NCBI RefSeq assembly: GCF_001194135.2
Contig: NC_068981.1
Location: 184,121,450-184,163,073 of the forward strand
Reading direction: 5' to 3'
DNA from: Octopus bimaculoides
Taxonomy: Eukaryota
Length of the DNA stretch: 41,624 bases
Below the pieces are notes generated by a model. It did no database searches, had not been told where the DNA came from, and saw nothing but the letters and a program-made list of their open reading frames with translations. Numbering within the stretch: the first letter of the stretch is position 1; each line of letters starts with the position of its first letter. Positions 35,401-41,624 of this stretch are shown here, piece by piece. The position numbers were made by a program, and so were the translations under genes.

Positions 35401-38149
35401 CATTTCGAAATAATATTTCACTTTACCCATGATTTAACAAAATTAACAGGACACTTTCAGACCAAACAGAAACAGTTACTTTCGTTATGGTGTGGAAGAA
35501 CGCAAATGTTGAATGGAATATCCAAAAACATATATTGAAAATACTGGGTACCTTTCGACATTATAATAAAATAGGAATGATTTCACGACGCGATGAAGGT
35601 TTCGAAAGCAAGCGTTATATATAATTTTTTACTATCAACCACAGTATAATTTGCTCCAATAGAATACTTTCAGTGGATTATCTTTTAACATAGAAACAGG
35701 CACCAACTAGATGTTTTATATAATCTAGGGTGGACCTGTTGCGTATTTCAAAATCGTAGCACGTTAAAAAAATCTCAGACCCCCCCCCCTTCAATCACTT
35801 CTATGAGATAAGTAGTAGAATACAAGAAAATTGGCAAAGTGGTATAACTTCTTTCTGACGAAGATTGCTCAAGAGTTTCAAAGGCCCTTTCATTCCACTT
35901 CCATTGAGTGATAAGCTGAAAATACTTGGGCACTTGCTTGAAGATTTTTCAAACCTATCACCAATTTTCCAGGTTCCCGAAAGACTAGTTTTTTTGTTGT
36001 CTTTTTTTCTTTTGACAGGAGGCGGAATTAACTTAAGATATCTCACCAGGCGCTCTAACATTATGTGAATCCACTGACCTGGAGTGGTACTTTATCGAAA
36101 TACCGCAAGAAATTCATTGTCAACCATTTCAAAGACTAGCTACCAATTTCTCAGAACGGTTCTACTCAAAATATTATACCCGTAGGAATAATATTCACCT
36201 GTATGTAGGTACACAGAATCTTCAAGTTCCCTGAACATCTTGTGCACCTTCAGGTGAAATTCAGAGTAGGAAGAGACTGACTTGACCAAAACAATGCGTC
36301 TGTGTAAATCTGCAGTCACGACCGTATGTTTCGGATTTTTTTTTTTTTAAAGATCTATCCAAAATAAAAAATAGAAAACTTAAGAATGGGCGGGGATCAC
36401 ACACATACACAACGTATGCTTTTCTATGCTGTTGTGAGCTGGATGAGTCAGTTGTAACACAACCTCCCTTCGTTTGTGACTGTTTGCTATATTCTGAGTG
36501 AGGCTCTACATCCAGAGATCACTCCAGGTCACTTCTTCCCACATCTTTTTCGGCCTTCCTCTTCCGCAGACTCATTGTTGACCCAACTATCATTCTTCAC
36601 ATGCATTACATATCCATACCATTACAATTTTCCTATAAGACAGAACCCCCAACCCTCTAAATAAATGACTAAGTTCCTAAATAAAGACCCGACACTGTGA
36701 TACATATCGTTCGACAGAAATTACTCAAATGTACAATTATGGGAATCTTTCGTTTTATGTACATATAATGATGGCTAGATCGTCCAAAATAACATCAGGT
36801 AAACTAAGTTCAGAAGAGATTGTCCCCAGTTCCATATATAGCACGATATTTACTTTTGATGAAACTCCATATTCCTTCTATTCTGTTTGTATATAATGCT
36901 GAATCGTTGTGGGTGACAAAATAATGACTGGATTACTATGTAAATGGTTTGGCAGTTACTTTCCTTTCACTTTATCTGCCATTATATGTACGCAATACGA
37001 AAGATCGCCTACACTTTCAAATTACGTCAACATTTCCACAGAATGAGTTGAACAGCCGCCAACCAGTGAATACCCACAATAACGGAAACAAGCCAACTTC
37101 GTTCAGCGATCATAAACGTCCGATTCGGTCAACCAGTCGCGATTACAACCGTATGTAGAACAGATAGTGCCACTTTAGTGCGTGGTCCGCTGACCATTTA
37201 CAATTTGGCGTAGTCTAACCCTAATCCTAACAAAAATCAGATCATTTCACAGCGTAAACTACGGATAGTGTGGTAGACCGCATGCTAAAGTAGCATTAAC
37301 ACAAAGCGAGACTGGCCACGATCGTGGCCGTCAGGCACAGGTCGACGACCACGATCGCGGCCCAGATAGATGCATTTAATTTATGGGCGTTTGTTGAGGT
37401 CTAATACCACTCCAATGCTTCGATACCCCACAGAATGCAAGAGGACCAATAGTTCAACTAATGACTTTCGAGATGATGTAAAACTTGCCACCATTATATA
37501 CTAAGATATTTTAACTATTTTGTGTGTGCATGGTAGTCTCATTTTCATAAAATGTGCTCCGCATTTATGCAAATCCCAGCGCTTTAGGGTTAAGCAGATA
37601 TCGATTCAAGATCCGACTTAATCGTATCACAAACCTATTCACACATACAGCATATGCACCAACTAGAAATAATCTACAAATCTTCAGATCCAGGTTCTAT
37701 CACATCTTAGCTTTCTACTGTATTCTCGCGTTAATCCAATACCCTATGAGAAGAATTTTATAGATGGAAATTGTATGAAGCCCATTGGAAAGAATGTATC
37801 TTTAATTTAACAGATCAGCTTTGTCATTTTGTGTCTTGTTGATCCTACTTGAGTCAGAAAGTCTGAACACACAACCTTACAGATACACAAATAAAAAGTT
37901 ATACATATATGTATATGCGTAATTAAAGCTTGCATAAACGTTTATAAATGCACATAAACATTAAAGATTGATTTCCATAGGTGGATGTAGGCAGACGGAC
38001 GGACGGACGGATAGAGAAAGATGGACGTAAATTGATTGGTGAATATAAAGATGGATATGGATAGATACAGATACGTGGATGTAGAAAGAATGGTTGATAT
38101 TCCTCTCATGCAACAGTTTACTCAAGTGCTCAATTGACTGAAAACTAGT

Positions 38150-38560
38150 TACACATGGTAACGTCTATGTTTGTCAGTTTCCCAACCACATGGTTCCGGG
38201 TTCAGTTCCACTGCATGGCACCTTAGGCAAGTGTCTTCTGTTATGGTATCGAGCCAAGTCTTGTGAGTGGATTTGGTAGACAGAAATTGAAAGAAGCCCG
38301 TTGTGTGTGCGTGTGTGTGTGTGATCCCCGCCCATTCTGAACTTTTAAATTTTTTATTCTATTTTTTTTTTCTATTCTGGCTTTTCTATTTTTTTATTTT
38401 CTTGTTCGTCATTTGACTGCAGCCATGCTGGAGCATCGCATTGAAGGGTTAAAAAAAACTGACCGCAGTACTTATTTTTTTAAAACCTACTAGTTATTCT
38501 ATCGGTCTCTTGCCGAACCGCTAAGTTAAGGGGACGTAAACGCACCAACACCGGTTGACA
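38150..38560. mobile_element. Family B SINE head (+, 38150-38330) and family B tail (-, 38395-38560)
   Basis: cccaaccacatggttccgggttcagttccactgc..., then catttgactgcagccatgctggagca...gccgaaccgctaagtta. Confidence 0.75.
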
Positions 38561-39799
38561 CGCTAGGAAATTTCTGACTATTTTATAGGAAAACCCATAC
38601 ATATTCAGAGAGAGAGAGAGAGAGAGAGAGTTCCGTCCTTCAGAGTTCAGATTCCGCTCAGGTAAATGTTGCCTTGTATTCTTTCGTGGTCGATCAATAA
38701 AGTACTAGTCTAATATAAGAATCGAATCCTTTCTTTCTCTCTAGAATGTACTCTAATTCACCATGTTCGACCTAGCGTTATGGATACACATGTTGGAGAA
38801 ATAGTCGGTCACTTTCACGTCAATTACACGAACAGGAACTTATTGGGTCGAACTGAATGCTCATCGTCGAAACCGGCNNNNNNNNNNNNNNNNNNNNNNN
38901 NNNNNNNNNNNNNNNNNNNNNNNNNNNNNNNNNNNNNNNNNNNNNNNNNNNNNNNNNNNNNNNNNNNNNNNNNNNNNNNNNNNNNNNNNNNNNNNNNNNN
39001 NNNNNNNNNNNNNNNNNNNNNNNNNNNNNNNNNNNNNNNNNNNNNNNNNTATATATATATATATATATATATATGAGTATATGCATATATATGTACATGT
39101 ACATTTATAAACGCATATGCATTCAGATATAAACGTATATTTATAAAGGTATATACACATATACATACAAGAATATATGAAAATATATATAAATACTGAT
39201 GAACATTAAAGTTACACAGGAGCTTAAAATAAAATGATACACTAATTAAATACTAAATTCGACAACGGATCTCCAAATTTAAAAAGAATATCACATAAAC
39301 TTCGTTTTTTTTTTCCTGCTTTTAAATGACTAAACTTTCAACGAACAAAAAAAATAAACAAGAAATAAATATCGAGGTTAACGGTTCGAATCTTGTCTAA
39401 AATAGTAAATAAAAACAATGTAATAAAGATGATTATATTAAGTTTATAAATATGATCGTTATCAGAAAAAAGGCAAATAAAATAGCTATATATATGTAGT
39501 ATATATTCAATCTAACCTGTTGTGTGAATTTGTCCAGAAAGTAGAGAATCAACGAACATACATTATTGAAGAGGGGATTCCCACGAACTGTTGGCTGCTG
39601 TGGAGTAAATGGTGCGTTGAGGTGAGCGATGTATATGTGTTTATATGTTACCAATGACGTGTGTGTGTGTGTGTTTGTGTCTATTTATGTGTGCGTGGGT
39701 TTTGCGTGTCTAGTCTATTTTCTTTGTCTATTTCCACCGCTTTCTGTCTCGTTCTTTCAGCTTCTCTCTCTCCCTCTTCACTTCTGTTTCTCTTTCTGT

Positions 39800-40450
39800 G
39801 TGTGTGTGGTGTGTATATATATATATATTATATATATTTATTTATATATAAATATACATATATATTTATTTATATATAAATGTATATATCTATTATATAT
39901 ATATTTATTTATAGATATAAATATATATATATATATATATATATTTATAAATATATATATTCATATATAAATATATCTATACAAAAAAAAACTACACACA
40001 CACACATAATTTTCTCTCTCAATGGCCCTTTTTCTTGTTAACTCTTCCTCACTCAAACGCATTTTCTTTTATCTTTTCATCCTCCTCCTTCACATTTCTT
40101 AGCAAGTTCCTCTGTCATCTCTCAGTCTCTCCGCTCTTCATCCACATCTATCTCTCCTTGTAATTTATTTTTTTATCATTTCTAACCTCACTCAGCTTCT
40201 ATCTCTTCCTCATTCTCTTCTCTTATCCTTTCCTTCTTTCTCATTCACTTTATATTCCTTTCAATTACTTCCTCTTTATCTTCTTTATTTCTTAACTACC
40301 CTTTCACATACATTCTCTTTCTTCTTCTCGTTTAAGTTCTTTGTCTCTTTCTTACCCTCAATTTCTTTCTCTCTTTCATTCTCTCTCTACTTTCACTCTC
40401 TTTGTCTATTTAGTTTTCTCCTCCCAATCTTTCTTTCGGGTCCACTTATT
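39800..40450. repeat. (TA)-rich tract (39800-39975) followed by a roughly 450-bp polypyrimidine (CT-rich) tract
   Basis: Read directly from the sequence. Confidence 0.9.
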
Positions 40451-40954
40451 TTCTCTTTCTTGCTTATCCCGATATTGAGTAGGAAAGGGAACACTTTTAG
40501 GGGTGTGGGCTACGTACGATGTGAGTGTGTATGTATGTATACTGTATACAAAGTTGTGTGTCAGTATATGTATCCAGTTCCGAACAGTAACCACTATCTG
40601 AAGTATATGCTTGTATGCAATGTGTTGTACTATGTATGTGTTCGCTTGTTTTAGGTCATTACTTTATGTGTCTGTGTGTGTGTGTCGCCGCCACCGCCAC
40701 CCTACTTCTACATGTATGTGTGTTTATTGGAGCAGTTTAATTGAGTTTATACGGTTATATATGTGTATGTGTGTATACATATGTATAAATGTATATATAA
40801 TAAAGTATGTATACACATATATATAAAGTTTTATGTAGTTTGTTTTCGTGTCAATTTGACTGTTACGCGTATGCATGTATACAGGTATGTTAGAGTGTGT
40901 ATTCAATGTTATCTGTCCTAACTTTTATATGTGAGCGCTGTTGTTGTTTTTGTT

Positions 40955-41165
40955 TATAGCTGGCAGAATCGTTAGTGAAGGGGAGGGGGACCTGCGGCTT
41001 TGCTTCCGGCTCTTTACGTTCTCAGTTCAAATCCCAACGAAATCAACTTTACCGTTCATCCATTTAGGGGTGATGAAATAGAGTATCAATTATGTATTTA
41101 GTAGTTTGTATCGACTACCTCAACCCCATTCTTTCAAAATTGTAAGCCTTATGCCTAAATTAGAA
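40955..41165 (+). mobile_element. SINE family A (degenerate)
   Basis: agctggcagaatcgttag...ctctttacgttctcagttcaaatc. Confidence 0.7.
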
Positions 41166-41624
41166 ATAATAATTATTGTTCTTAACCCGCCAGTTAGCCC
41201 TAATCAGGCAAACCTATCGCGTAAAAACTTTTCAAGCGTAACAATCCCGTCTATTATTGTTTTGTTTTTTTGTTGGGTGCCACTTTTTTCAATGTCTTTA
41301 ATAGACCAAATCAACGTACGAGCCACCCCTTCTGTTCGCCAACACCATTTAATTTTTTTTTTTTTTTTCTATTTTGAGTTATTCCCATCTGGAACTCGCT
41401 TCCCGCCTCACTTTTTAAAAACCATTCTATCTCCAGTTTAAAAAACAAGCTAAAAAGGGTTGTTTTTTTGTTGTTTTTTTTTTTGCATCTGTCCAAATTC
41501 CGTAAGGGAAAAGCCCTAGCTTGGTAATAAGCCCTACTGTTCCCTACCCAGGTACAATTTATTAAATATTGAAGTTAGGACATTTTTATGCTTAAATGGA
41601 TAAAACTGCATCTAGAATAACATT

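Noticed and set aside
596-39166. All long ORFs containing X runs (for example 596-1702, 3169-4323, 5918-6954, 15089-17280, 22821-23448, 27276-28134, 38780-39166)
   Set aside because: They are open only because they cross N-gaps (962-1698, 3192-3980, 6062-6792, 7846-8353, 15179-15749, 16573-17179, 22988-23370, 27365-27721, 38878-39049).

Overview
AT-rich animal genomic DNA from a gapped draft assembly, with nine large N-runs and one small one. The repeat content is inferred to be octopod: very dense tRNA-derived SINEs, (CA)n/(TA)n/(ATC)n microsatellites and (TTAGGG)-containing elements. Almost all ORFs in the supplied track are artefacts of N-gaps, microsatellites or SINEs. The only well-supported host coding sequence is two phase-compatible minus-strand exons (7139-7300 and 4030-4080). 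Spliced, they read ...KEAVKNLRKQ-G-QLKLSIYMNSGMLTVN, which resembles the start of the C2 domain of RGS3/PsGEF-type proteins, so most of the window is probably intron or upstream DNA of that gene. The rest is a mobile-element landscape: an RTE LINE 3' fragment, a Tx1/L1 ORF2 relic with a zf-RVT-like motif fused to a SINE head, a mariner-like MITE, a Merlin-like long-TIR element with an 8-bp TSD, two copies of a foldback element with a head-to-head telomeric-repeat core, hAT-like termini, more than 30 SINE copies from three head families, and a decayed initiator-tRNA-Met copy. I found no convincing novel multi-gene system. The best leads are unusual transposon architectures and an unassigned open frame at 35.8-36.3 kb. 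Coordinates of decayed repeats are approximate, and no database searches were run.
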